From positions 1 to 16,287 of the forward strand of contig JAYUUO010000057.1 of the NCBI GenBank assembly GCA_043754515.1: a stretch of 16,287 bases of DNA. Reading direction: 5' to 3'. Position numbers and translations under genes: made by a program. This DNA comes from Armatimonadota bacterium (lineage in GTDB: Bacteria; Armatimonadota; Armatimonadia; Armatimonadales; Armatimonadaceae). The notes under the pieces are model-generated. The model had not been told where the DNA came from. It saw only the letters and a list, made by a program, of their open reading frames with translations, and searched no databases. Positions 1-9,700 of this stretch are shown piece by piece (within the stretch, counting starts at the first letter, position 1; each line of letters begins with the position of its first letter).

Positions 1-87
1 CCCGACGAGACCTATTTTATGGTCTTATCACATAAATCGGGTACCAACTTATATGTGGACGACCTCGAGATAACCCGGATACCCTAG
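1..87 (+). CDS. 3' end of an upstream gene (partial); possibly a C-terminal beta-sandwich/carbohydrate-binding-like domain
   Basis: Frame 1 is open from base 1 and reads PDETYFMVLSHKSGTNLYVDDLEITRIP, ending at TAG 85-87. The terminal 'LYVDDLEI' resembles the last strand of galactose-binding-like/CBM domains. Only 28 codons are visible. Confidence 0.5.
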   Translation, partial: PDETYFMVLSHKSGTNLYVDDLEITRIP

Positions 88-94
88 CCGCCTA

Positions 95-100
95 TATAAT
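95..100 (+). promoter_or_regulatory. Putative -10 box for murQ
   Basis: Perfect TATAAT in a GC-rich context, just after the upstream stop codon. No clear -35. Confidence 0.55.
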
Positions 101-103
101 AGC

Positions 104-150
104 GGGATGTCGCGACAGCGAAACAGAATGGGATGTCGCGACAGCGAAAC
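104..150. repeat. Two identical 21-bp direct repeats, each with a 10-bp palindrome (candidate tandem operator)
   Basis: GGGATGTCGCGACAGCGAAAC at 104-124 and 130-150 (period 26). Internal palindrome TGTCGCGACA at 108-117 and 134-143. Confidence 0.9.
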
Positions 151-191
151 GCGGTCTGGCGGATCAGACACCCCGACAAAGAGTAACACCG

Positions 192-1115
192 ATGAACACC
201 AATGATTCGATCCCCCCTGCCATCCCGATGACGGAGTTTCCCAACCCGCGTACCGAGGGATTAGACCGCCTGACGACAGTTGACTTGCTGGCGCGTATGA
301 ACGAGGAGGACGCGACCGTCACTGAAGCGGTACGCCTCTGCCTGCCACAAATCGCGCTCGCCGTAGACGCGGTAGCGGACTGCTTGCGGCGTGGGGGGCG
401 GCTGATCTATATCGGCGCGGGGACATCGGGGCGGATCGGTTGCCTCGACGCGGCCGAATGCCTACCGACATTCGGGGTGCCGCCGGAGTGTGTTTTCGGG
501 ATCCTCGCGGGCGGCGAGCGCGCCCTGCTTAAAGCGGTGGAGGGCGCGGAGGACGACGTACACGCCGGGATGCTCGCCATGAACATAGCGGGCATCGGCG
601 AACGGGACGCGGTAATCGGGCTATCGGCGTCTGGCGGCGCGCCCTACGTTCGGGCGGCACTGCGGCGGGCGCGCGAGCGCGGCTCGGGCATCACTGCATC
701 CATCGCCTGTGTCCCGGACGCGCCGCTTTCGCGCGACGCGCAGATACCCATTGAGGCAGTGACGGGACCGGAAGTGCTTACGGGCTCGACCCGGCTGAAA
801 GCTGGAACCGCGCAGAAAATGATCTGCAACATGATCAGCACGGGTGCCATGATCCGCTGGGGCAAGACATATGGTAACCGGATGGTGGACGTGCAGGCGA
901 CGAACGCCAAACTTAAAGAGCGGGCGAAGCGGCTGGTGCGCGAGATAGGGCATGTCGGCTCCGACGCGGAGGCGTTCGGATTGCTGAGCGACGCGTCCGA
1001 CTCGGTGAAACTCGCCATCATAATGGCGCGACTCGACCTGGATGTTGCGGCAGGCCAGAAACGGCTCGACGACGCGGGGGGCTTTCTGTCCGTCGCGTTG
1101 GGCGAGGCGCGGTAA
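192..1115 (+). CDS. murQ: N-acetylmuramic acid 6-phosphate etherase
   Basis: Motifs TE.PNPRT, YIGAGTSGRIG.LDAAEC.PTF, AVEGAED, GPEVLTGSTRLKAGTAQK and N.MVDVQATN.KL.RA. About 300 aa. An alternative ATG lies at 228. Confidence 0.96.
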   Translation: MNTNDSIPPAIPMTEFPNPRTEGLDRLTTVDLLARMNEEDATVTEAVRLCLPQIALAVDAVADCLRRGGRLIYIGAGTSGRIGCLDAAECLPTFGVPPECVFGILAGGERALLKAVEGAEDDVHAGMLAMNIAGIGERDAVIGLSASGGAPYVRAALRRARERGSGITASIACVPDAPLSRDAQIPIEAVTGPEVLTGSTRLKAGTAQKMICNMISTGAMIRWGKTYGNRMVDVQATNAKLKERAKRLVREIGHVGSDAEAFGLLSDASDSVKLAIIMARLDLDVAAGQKRLDDAGGFLSVALGEAR

Positions 1116-1172
1116 CTCCCGCGATGTACACTCCCCGGTTATGATCTTCGGGGACGGATCTTCTTCGGGGGC

Positions 1173-1201
1173 TTGACAGGACTACCCCGTCTGTGTATAT
1201 T
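1173..1201 (+). promoter_or_regulatory. sigma70-type promoter of tetR
   Basis: TTGACA (1173-1178), a 17-bp spacer ending in TGTG (extended -10), then TATATT (1196-1201). Confidence 0.85.
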
Positions 1202-1212
1202 AACGCCGTTAA
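1200..1212. promoter_or_regulatory. Putative TetR operator 1
   Basis: Perfect inverted repeat TTAACG-C-CGTTAA overlapping the -10 box and the predicted transcription start. Confidence 0.7.
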
Positions 1213-1223
1213 GTAATTTTACT

Positions 1224-1907
1224 ATGGGTACTAAAGAGCGCAGGGAGCGGGAGCGGGAAGATCTGCGGCGGGCGATCCTGGACGCGGCGCGGGACCTGTT
1301 CGTCTCCGAGGGGTTCGAGGCGGTAAGTATGCGGCGGATCGCGTCGGCCATCGAGTACTCCCCGACCGCGATCTACCTCTATTTCGCCGATAAGGACGCG
1401 ATTCTGGTCGCGCTCGCCGAGGAAGGCTTTCACCTGCTCTCCGAGCGGCTAGAGCGAACGAACGCGATCTTCGATCCCATCGAACGGCTACGGGAGGGCG
1501 GACGCGATTACTTCGCCTTCGCCCGCGAACAGCCCAACTACTACGCGATCATGTTCGAGCTACGCGCGAATGCGCTTCTGAACGACGATAAGGCGGCGCA
1601 CACCGCCGCGCACCGGGCGTTCGGGTACATCGTCCGCGCCGTGCTTGATGGCATCGCGGGGCAACAGATCCCGGCGGGCACGGTGGACGCGATCCGAAAC
1701 GCGGCGGTTGACGGGTCGGAGGAGGGGCGGATGTGTTGCAGACACGCCCCCGAAATGATCCTGGCGCACGTTTACTGGGCCGCGCTCCACGGCGCGGCGT
1801 CGCTGATGCTATCGGAGCGGCTGGATCTTTTGCCGGTCGGGGTGCGCCCGTACCTGCTGGAATCCGTGGTGGACAACTGTCTGCGAGGCTTCGTCTGTCC
1901 CGCGTGA
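1224..1907 (+). CDS. TetR/AcrR family transcriptional regulator with WHG-type C-terminal domain
   Basis: N-terminal HTH: ILDAARDLF..EGFEAVSMRRIA.AIEYSPTAIYLYF.DKD. C-terminal W...HG motif (YWAALHGAASL). Start moved to ATG 1224 (MGTKERRERE), because the TTG at 1173 is the -35 box. Confidence 0.93.
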   Translation: MGTKERREREREDLRRAILDAARDLFVSEGFEAVSMRRIASAIEYSPTAIYLYFADKDAILVALAEEGFHLLSERLERTNAIFDPIERLREGGRDYFAFAREQPNYYAIMFELRANALLNDDKAAHTAAHRAFGYIVRAVLDGIAGQQIPAGTVDAIRNAAVDGSEEGRMCCRHAPEMILAHVYWAALHGAASLMLSERLDLLPVGVRPYLLESVVDNCLRGFVCPA

Positions 1908-1939
1908 CGGGTAACACCCGCTCTATTTCTCCATTCTTA

Positions 1940-1952
1940 TTAACAGTGTTCA
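1940..1952. promoter_or_regulatory. Putative TetR operator 2, upstream of the efflux genes
   Basis: TTAACA-G-TGTTCA. Its context tattaacagtgttcact (1938-1954) aligns with tattaacgccgttaagt (1198-1214). Confidence 0.65.
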
Positions 1953-1987
1953 CTTTTTATACAACAGTAAAGAAAGGTACGTAACTC

Positions 1988-3475
1988 ATGGAAGAAAATG
2001 ACGCGCCCGCGGGGCGCCGGCCCGGCCTTCGCCCTCGCCGGGTCGGCCTGCTCCTCCTCCTCGGTGCCTTGCTGGTTGGCCTACTGTTCGCCGCGGCAAC
2101 CCAGGCACGGCGCAAGGATGCCCGGAAGCGCGGCGCGGATGTGCCGACAAACACGGCGCGTCCCGCCCCCGCCTCGCTCCGGCTTGTGACCGCCCGCGCC
2201 GTGTCGAGCCCTGGCGAGACCGAGCAGTTGTCCGGCGATCTGGAAGCGCGCCACACCGTGACCGTTTCCGCCGAAGTCGCCGCGCGGATCGTCTCGCGGC
2301 CCGCCGAGCGCGGGGGGCGGATCACAAAGGGCGCGCTTGTCGCGACGCTGGACGACCGCGCCGCCCGCGCTTCGGTCGCTGGGGCACTCGCCGCCCTGAA
2401 CGGCGCGACCGCCGCCCGACGCCAGGCCGAAGCCGATTACCGCCGCGCCGGTACTGAGACCGCGTCCGCGATTGATAGCGCGGAGGCGAATCTGGCCGGG
2501 GCGGTCGCGGGGGAAAGCAAGGCGCGCGCGTTCACCCGCACCCAGGAGTTGCGCCAGGCCGAAGCCGCACTCTCGCAAGCCGAGACGGACGAAAACCTCG
2601 CCTGTATCGAGCACGACCGGTACACGCGGCTGGTGGCGGAGGGCGCGGTCGCGCAACAGATGCTGGATCGGGTGCGGGCGACCTACGACGCGGCTAAGGC
2701 GCGGACCCGTTCCGCCCACGAGTCGGTGTCGCTCGCGAAGGAAGGGGCGCGGCGCGAGGACATCGCGCAGGCCGCCGCTCTCGTCCGCAACGCCCGCGCG
2801 GGCCTCGACTCCGCCCGCGCCCGTCCCGCCCGCCTCGCCTCGATCCGGGAGCAGATAGCCGGGTACGCGGCGCAGGAATCCCGCGCGGCCGCGGCTCTGA
2901 GCGACGCCCGTATCCAACTCTCGAAACACCGCCTCCTGTCGCCTGTTTCCGGTCGGGTTCTGGAAACCCGCGCCGAGGTCGGCGAGATGGCATCGCCCGG
3001 AACGCCGGTCGCGGTGCTCGCCGATGTGCGCGACTTGCGCGCGGTGTTCGCCGTGCCGGAGTCGGCGCGCCCCCTGCTACGGATCGGGCGGACGGCGACG
3101 ATCACCACGGACGCCTTTCCCGGCAGGTCCTTCCCCGCCCGTGTCACCCTGCTCGGGTTTCAAGGCGACGGCAAGACGCGCGCCTTCCGCGTCGAGGTAG
3201 CCGTGGCGAACCCCGGCGAAGTGTTGCTTCCGAACATGACCGCCCGCCTCGCGCTCTGCGTCGGCGCGGCGACGCGCGTAGTGCTAGTGCCCGTCTCCGC
3301 CGTCGCGACCAACACCGTGACCGGCGGCGCGTTCGTTGTCGCGGTCGGCGCGGACGGGGAAACCGCCCGCCGACCGGTCACCCTCGGCGAGCCGGTCGGC
3401 ACCGACTTGGTGCGGGTGCTGGCTGGACTGACCGGCGGCGAAAGGCTCGCGGCGGACCCCGACCGCGTCCGCTAA
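1988..3475 (+). CDS. Efflux RND transporter periplasmic adaptor (membrane fusion protein)
   Basis: N-terminal TM segment, two lipoyl half-motifs (VSAEVAARIV...GGRITKGALVATLD and SPVSGRV....AEVGEMASPGTPV), a long helical hairpin, the beta-barrel motif TRAFRVEV.V.NP...LLPNM, and a membrane-proximal VPVSAV...GL.GGE. SD-like GAAAGG upstream. Confidence 0.93.
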   Translation: MEENDAPAGRRPGLRPRRVGLLLLLGALLVGLLFAAATQARRKDARKRGADVPTNTARPAPASLRLVTARAVSSPGETEQLSGDLEARHTVTVSAEVAARIVSRPAERGGRITKGALVATLDDRAARASVAGALAALNGATAARRQAEADYRRAGTETASAIDSAEANLAGAVAGESKARAFTRTQELRQAEAALSQAETDENLACIEHDRYTRLVAEGAVAQQMLDRVRATYDAAKARTRSAHESVSLAKEGARREDIAQAAALVRNARAGLDSARARPARLASIREQIAGYAAQESRAAAALSDARIQLSKHRLLSPVSGRVLETRAEVGEMASPGTPVAVLADVRDLRAVFAVPESARPLLRIGRTATITTDAFPGRSFPARVTLLGFQGDGKTRAFRVEVAVANPGEVLLPNMTARLALCVGAATRVVLVPVSAVATNTVTGGAFVVAVGADGETARRPVTLGEPVGTDLVRVLAGLTGGERLAADPDRVR

Positions 3476-3531
3476 ACACAGATGGCCTGCCGCGCGTCCA
3501 CCCGGTACATCCGTAAATCGAGGGAATAGCA

Positions 3532-6500
3532 ATGACACCGAAAAACTCACTCACCCGGCTCGCCTTCCGCTACAAGCCGGTCACCTATCTGCTCGCCGTG
3601 CTCCTGATGCTGGTCGGCGTCGTCGGGCTGCTGACGATGTCGCGGCGCGAGGACCCGGACCTGAAGGGGCGGTTCGGGCAGATCATCGCGCTGTACCCCG
3701 GCGCGACGGCGGCGCAGGTCGAGGTGCTCGTCGCCGAGCCGATCGAGCGCACCCTGCGCGAGGTGGATGACGTCGGCACCGTGGAGTCGGTATCGCGCCC
3801 CGGCGTCGCGGTGGTGCGGTTCGAGGCCGCCGACAACATGACCGACACACTCGCTAAAATGATGCGCGACGTGCGCGACCGGGTCGGGGACTTGCGACCG
3901 GGCCTCCCCGGCGGCGTGACCGACATCGCCGTCAACGATCGGTTCACCGACACGTCGGCATTGATCGTCGCCGTCACCCGACGAGGCGGGAGCGACCGCG
4001 AGCGGGAAACGCTGGCGGAACGGGTTCGCGACCGGCTCCGGCTTTTGCCCGAAGTCGCCGAGGCGAAACTGATCGGCGAGCAGACCGAGACTGTCACGGT
4101 CGCGCTCTCGGCGCGGCGGCTGGCGCGGTTCGGCGGGCTGGTCACGGCGGACACGGTGGCGGGCGCGCTCGCGCGAAAGAACGTCCTCGCCGACACCGGC
4201 GGCTCCGTACGGAGCGGTACCACCCGCCTGACGCTCGCCCCGACCGGCGAGTTCAAATCCGACGCGGACCTGCCCGGTCTGGCGGTCGGGGCGTCGGACG
4301 CCGGTTTCCCGGTCTATCTGCGCGATGTCGCGACTGTGACGCGCGGCTACGCCGACCCCGCGACGTTCCGGTTGCGTGTCGGCGGCGAACCCGCCGTCGC
4401 GGTCACGGTGACGATGCGCAAAGGAAAGAACATCTCGCGACTCGGCGAGAAGGCGAAGGAAGCGATTGCCGACCTGCGACGCGCGATGCCGACCGGCACG
4501 AACCTGACGGTGGTGAACGACCTGCCGCGCTCAGTCGAGCGGCGCATTGAGGGCTTTTTCCACGAACTATATCTCGCGATCGGGATCATCTTCGCCGTGA
4601 TGCTGCTCTTCATGGGCTGGCGGTCCGCGCTACTGGTCGGCATGGTGCTACCGATCTCGCTGGTGGGAACGTTCGCCGTGATGTGGCTGTCCGGGCGCGA
4701 CATCCAGCAGATGAGCATCGCCGCGCTGATTATCGCGCTGGCCCTTGTCGTAGATAACGCGATCGTGGTGCTAGACAACATCGAGGAGACGCTGTCGAAG
4801 GGCGACGTTTCCCGCGAAGAGGCCGCGATCACCGGCGCGGAAGGGCTGACCGCGCCGCTCGTGACGTCGAACATGGTCGCCATCCTCGCGTTCCTGCCGC
4901 TGGCGTTCCTGCCCGGCAGCGTCGGCGACTTCGTGCGTGATTTAGGCCTCGTGACGTCGCTCTCGCTCGCGGTTTCGGTGCTGATCAATCTGACCGTCAC
5001 GCCGATGCTGTGCGCCCGCTTCCTTCGCCCGTCGCGCGACGAGCAGAAAACCGCGGTTCAGAAGTGGCTGGATCGGGGCGTGGACAGCCTGAGGGACGGC
5101 AAGGCGGGCCTCGCGCGCTGGTCATTTCGCCGCCCCGGTCTCGTTGTCGGCGTCGCCGCGCTGACGCTCGTCGGTTCGCTCTCGCTCCTGCCGCGCCTGG
5201 GCCAGGTCTTCTTCCCACCCGCCGAGCGCGACCAGTTCGTGATTGACGTCTGGCTGCCGGAGGGGCGTGACATTTCCGCGACGGGTGCCGCGACCGCGAC
5301 CGTAGAAGGCACACTCCGCGCGGAGCCGACTGTTCGCTCGTTCGTGTCCTATATCGGGCAGGGCGGGCCGCGCTTCTACTACAACATCACGCCCGAGGCA
5401 CCGACCCCGAACTACGCGCAGATCGTGGTGAACACACAGTCGCTCGACGCCACGGACGCGCTGGTGCCGCGTCTGCGCGAAACGCTACGAAGAGCGGTGC
5501 CGCAGGCGCGCGTCACGGTCAATAAGTTGGAGCAGGGTCCGCCGGTCGGTGCCCCGATCGCGATACGGCTAGCGGGGACTGACCCGCGAGTATTGCGGCA
5601 ACTCGCCGCCGACGTGGAAGGCGTGCTGAACGCGACGCCGGGCACGGTCAGTGTGCATGACGACTTCGCCGAGCGCCCGCTCCGTCTCCAGGTGCGCGTG
5701 GACGAAGACCGCGCCGCGCGAGTCGGTCTGTCCTCCGCGGGCGTGGCGCGTCAGGCGCGACTCGCCTTTTCGGGCGAGACGGTGACGTTCCTGCGCGACG
5801 GCGACAAGCAGATCCCGGTTGACCTGCGCCTCGCGCCCGGCGAGCGGCGCGGTCCCGCCGACCTGCTAGACCTGTATGTGAGCGGGGACGGCGCGGCGGT
5901 GCTGCTACGCTCGGTGGCGTCGGTGTCGCTCGCGCCGGAGGACGGCCGCATCGTCCGGCGCAATGCCGAGCGTACGCTCACCATTTCCGCCTACTCGGAC
6001 GGTTCCCGGCTCGCGTCCGCCATCCTCGCGGACGCCGGCGCAACGCTGTCGAAACAACACTTGCCCGACGGCTACCGGCTCTCCTACGGGGGCGAGAACG
6101 AAAAGGCGGGCGACTCGTTCACGCAGATGGCGACCGTTTTCGCCGTGGCGTTCGTGTTCAATATCGTGATCCTGACAATCCAGTTCAACGACGCGGCCAT
6201 CGTGGCGGCGGTGCTGTCCGCAGTGCCGCTCGGCGTCATCGGCGCAGTGCCGGGGCTGTTCCTCGCCGGGCAAAACTTCGGCTTCATGGCATTTCTGGGA
6301 ATCGCCGCGCTCGGCGGGCTGGTCACGAACCACACGATTTTCATCTTTCATTACGCGCTGGAGGAGGCACACACTCACCACCTCGCAATGGCGGACGCGC
6401 TGGTAGATGCGTCGCGGCGGCGTCTGCGCCCGATCCTGCTCACGGTGTTGCTGTCGGTCGGTGCGCTCCTGCCGCAGGCACTTTCCGGCTCGCGCCTGTT

Positions 6501-6642
6501 CCCGCCGCTCGACTGGGCAATTATAGCGGGACTGACCGTGTCCACGTTCCTGACCATGATCGTGATCCCGAGCGTGTACGCCCTGCTACGCGGGAAGCGG
6601 AGCCGGGTCGCGGACGAAGGGGGTGTGCCGGAACCTGTATAG
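3532..6642 (+). CDS. Efflux RND transporter permease (AcrB/AcrD/AcrF family)
   Basis: 1036 aa with a 12-TM RND layout. Motifs SRREDP, YPGA...VE..V..PIE, LVVDNAIVV (TM4), FLPLAFL.G..G.F and RLRPILLT. SD GAGGGA upstream. Confidence 0.96.
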   Translation: MTPKNSLTRLAFRYKPVTYLLAVLLMLVGVVGLLTMSRREDPDLKGRFGQIIALYPGATAAQVEVLVAEPIERTLREVDDVGTVESVSRPGVAVVRFEAADNMTDTLAKMMRDVRDRVGDLRPGLPGGVTDIAVNDRFTDTSALIVAVTRRGGSDRERETLAERVRDRLRLLPEVAEAKLIGEQTETVTVALSARRLARFGGLVTADTVAGALARKNVLADTGGSVRSGTTRLTLAPTGEFKSDADLPGLAVGASDAGFPVYLRDVATVTRGYADPATFRLRVGGEPAVAVTVTMRKGKNISRLGEKAKEAIADLRRAMPTGTNLTVVNDLPRSVERRIEGFFHELYLAIGIIFAVMLLFMGWRSALLVGMVLPISLVGTFAVMWLSGRDIQQMSIAALIIALALVVDNAIVVLDNIEETLSKGDVSREEAAITGAEGLTAPLVTSNMVAILAFLPLAFLPGSVGDFVRDLGLVTSLSLAVSVLINLTVTPMLCARFLRPSRDEQKTAVQKWLDRGVDSLRDGKAGLARWSFRRPGLVVGVAALTLVGSLSLLPRLGQVFFPPAERDQFVIDVWLPEGRDISATGAATATVEGTLRAEPTVRSFVSYIGQGGPRFYYNITPEAPTPNYAQIVVNTQSLDATDALVPRLRETLRRAVPQARVTVNKLEQGPPVGAPIAIRLAGTDPRVLRQLAADVEGVLNATPGTVSVHDDFAERPLRLQVRVDEDRAARVGLSSAGVARQARLAFSGETVTFLRDGDKQIPVDLRLAPGERRGPADLLDLYVSGDGAAVLLRSVASVSLAPEDGRIVRRNAERTLTISAYSDGSRLASAILADAGATLSKQHLPDGYRLSYGGENEKAGDSFTQMATVFAVAFVFNIVILTIQFNDAAIVAAVLSAVPLGVIGAVPGLFLAGQNFGFMAFLGIAALGGLVTNHTIFIFHYALEEAHTHHLAMADALVDASRRRLRPILLTVLLSVGALLPQALSGSRLFPPLDWAIIAGLTVSTFLTMIVIPSVYALLRGKRSRVADEGGVPEPV

Positions 6643-6748
6643 GCGGCGGGGGCGGTATCGGTAGGTTTAAGTGGGTCGAGGCACCCGTCGCGGGCTACTG
6701 GGCCGCCCGTCGCAGTCGCGCCTCAGCAAGGAAAGGATATACTGCCAT

Positions 6749-9700
6749 ATGTCAACGTTCCGACCTCCTAACCGACGCCGCACGTCGGTTTTGACCCGCG
6801 CGCTCGTCCTTCCGCTTATCCTGCTCACGGTGGGTCCGTTCGCCGACGCCGCGCCGACGCGACGCGCGGCGTCCGAGTCGGGCGGTCGTGCCGCCTCGTC
6901 GGGCCTTCCCTCCCCGGAAACGCGCTCCTCCAGGCACAACGACTCGCCTTCTCCGGGGACGGTGCCCGCCGATGTCGTCACGCACCCGTTCGCCGCGCCG
7001 CTCCCGCGTCCCAATCCGATGTACGAACCGGAGGTGCCCGGTCAAGGCAGGACTCCGTTCAACATCCGTGCGCCGAAGGGGATAACGCTCACCCCCGAAA
7101 ACACCTACCTGGTTGCGCTTGCTCTGGGGCGGCGCATAGCCGAGTATTTGTCGCCGCCCGTGTCGCTCGTCTCGCGCGTGAAGCCGACCGCGCTTTACAG
7201 CAGAGATATAAACCGCCCGCTCCGCGTCGCCCGCGCCGGGATGACGGAGTGGATCGGCACTCCTATCGGCGTGAAGCGCGTGGACCGGGGGCAGCAGCGT
7301 GTTAGCCTTTTTGTCGGCACGGGCGGACTGCCTCTCGGCGCGGTGGAGTCTCTGGCGACCGACGACACGGGCGAAAGTGCCGCCGCTGTCGTCCGTTGCC
7401 GGGATGCCGGGAGGCCACTCGAACCGGATCGAATCGTGCTCTGTCTGTACGATGTCAGGGCGGGAAGTTGGCGCGAACTTGGCACGTTACCGCCCGCCCC
7501 GCGCCCCGGCGACAACGTGTCGTATGAGGAGATGATCCACCCCAGCAACCGCGACTGGGTGCCCTACCGCGTCTTGCTGACAGCGGCGCGCGTGATACTG
7601 GTCCCGTCCACGCTCCAGACTGGTGGCGTTGCGGCGTTCCAGGTCTACGATAGGGTGACCGGCGAAGCCGTGAACCTCCCGTGGGACGAGACGCTAGCAG
7701 CCGACTTCCCCGCGATCAATGTCAACGCCGTCGCGTGGCGCGGGGAGACAGTGCTATTCGGCACTGACATCGGACTGCTCTCCCTAAACCTCGGAACTGG
7801 CTCGTGGCACCGCACCCTGCGCACGCAACAGATCCTGCAAGTCGCGGTATCCGCCGAAAGCGAAGCGGTATACGCGGTCGGCGTTCCGCGCGTACCGTCC
7901 GGCGCACCGGTTACCGTGCCCCCCGGACCGGCCAACCTGTTCGTGGTCAAGCCGGGCGAACTGGGCTCCGAACCGCGAGTGATCCCGTTCCCATCCGCGC
8001 CCGGCGACACGGGCATATTGACTGTCTCATCGGACGGCACGCCGTGGCTTTCCGCCCTCGGGACCTTCTACCGGCGCGGTGCGGAGACCGGGGAGTGGAC
8101 GCGTGTTGACGATAAAGGCGATGTGCTACCTCAGAGCGCACTGCCCCCGGTGCCCCCACCGGATTTCGACCCGTTCAATGAGGCGCCGGTAATTGCCGTC
8201 GCGCCGCCGGACAAGATCCCGGATGAGGCCGTGATCGCCCGCGTTCTGATCCCCGCGCCGCCGCCGTTCGGCGGCGCGGCGCGTGAGCGCGACCGGATGC
8301 GCTGGATTCGCGACCGCTTCGCCCGCTGGATCAGCCCGCCGGACACGGGCGATAAGGACGTAGTCCCGCTCCCGGCGACCATTTCCCCGGCGGAACTCGC
8401 CCCGCCCCGCGAGACATTCGGCGGGTTCGTCCCCGACCCGGACGACCCGCGCATGGCGTTCGGATTGCAGGTCAATACGCTGATACGTCTTGCGCGGAAG
8501 GCGGTGCCGGGAACGGAACTGGCACCTACCTGGGGCGGTTTCAACTTCGGGCGGCACTACAAACCGTTCGCAAGGGGGACGAAGGTGGAGCGGTTCCCAC
8601 TATTCGACGCGGCGAGCGCGGCAGTTACGGAGCGGGTCCCGGTAATAACCGGCGCACTACTCCCCGACCCGACCGCACCCGACGCGTTGTACCTGACCAC
8701 GAAGAACGGCGCACGGCACTACAACGGTGCGACTGACGTGTGGACCGACTTCGCGGTGCCCGCCAACACGTTCCCCTTCGGGTTTGACACCAAACTGTTC
8801 TATGCCGGGGAAAGCGCGTCGTCCGTTTCGTTGTTGCTCCCTCCCCATTTGTTCCGCTTGAATATCACGAACCCACCGCGACCGGTGTTCGGCCTGATGC
8901 CTGGCGTCGGCGCGAACGACAGTCTCAACGGCAACATCAGTGTCTCCCAGGGGGCACTCTGGGATGGCGCGGGCCACAGTCTGGACAGCCAGGCGCGATC
9001 CGGTGACCCCCGCTATCGCCTGCTCGCGCCGGACGGCATGTCGCTAAATGGATGGCAGACGCTTACCCCCGCCCTTCCAGACCTTCCCTCCCTCCGCGAC
9101 AGAAAGCGAGCCGACGCATATGTGGCGACGGGGAGCGTCGCCTGGTTCCGCTTTTACACCGGGGACGCACGCTCGCTGACGGGAGTTAACACCGTCGCCG
9201 GGTACGACGTCCGCGCGAAACGCTGGGTGGCACCGCTGGACACGCCCGCTTACCCGGCCACCGAGGAGTTATACATCACCGAAACGGGGGACGGGGGTGC
9301 GCTAATCGGTATGCCACTAACCGCCGTTTCGGTGCTACGTTACCGTCCCGGCACGGCGGGTTGGGAACCGCTCACGAACGCGCCGGTTCCCGTGCCCAAA
9401 TATCAGAACGGGTTCCGCCCCTTGCTCGCGCCGGACGGCACGGTGTACGCCCTGACGACCGAGAACCTGTACGAATACGACGCCGCGCACGCCGCGTGGA
9501 AGTCGCTCGGCTTCCCGCCGCCCGCACGGGCGGGGTCTCCGCGCTCGGTACCGCTGTATCAATCGGTCACCACGGTGACCGATGGCGCGATTTACATGGG
9601 TGAGATGAACAACGATCTGTGGCGGATGTCGCGGACGGAACGCCGGTGGGAGCGGGTGCGCGAGCCGTTCCGGTGGGCGGGGGATGCCGGGAGCGTTTCC

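Noticed and set aside
104..150. Mini CRISPR array (palindromic repeats ending in GAAAC)
   Set aside because: Only two 21-bp units, a 5-nt spacer, and no cas genes in the window.
1116..1172. Short repeats (CTCCCCG twice, TCTTCGGGG twice) after murQ
   Set aside because: Too short and imperfect to assign a function, and no U-tract follows.
1173..1223. TTG start of tetR at 1173
   Set aside because: That TTG is the -35 box. The family-typical N-terminus begins at ATG 1224.
6671..6748. GTG start at 6671, or a riboswitch in this leader
   Set aside because: The SD and signal peptide favour ATG 6749. Only short GC-rich pairings are present, with no riboswitch motif I recognise.
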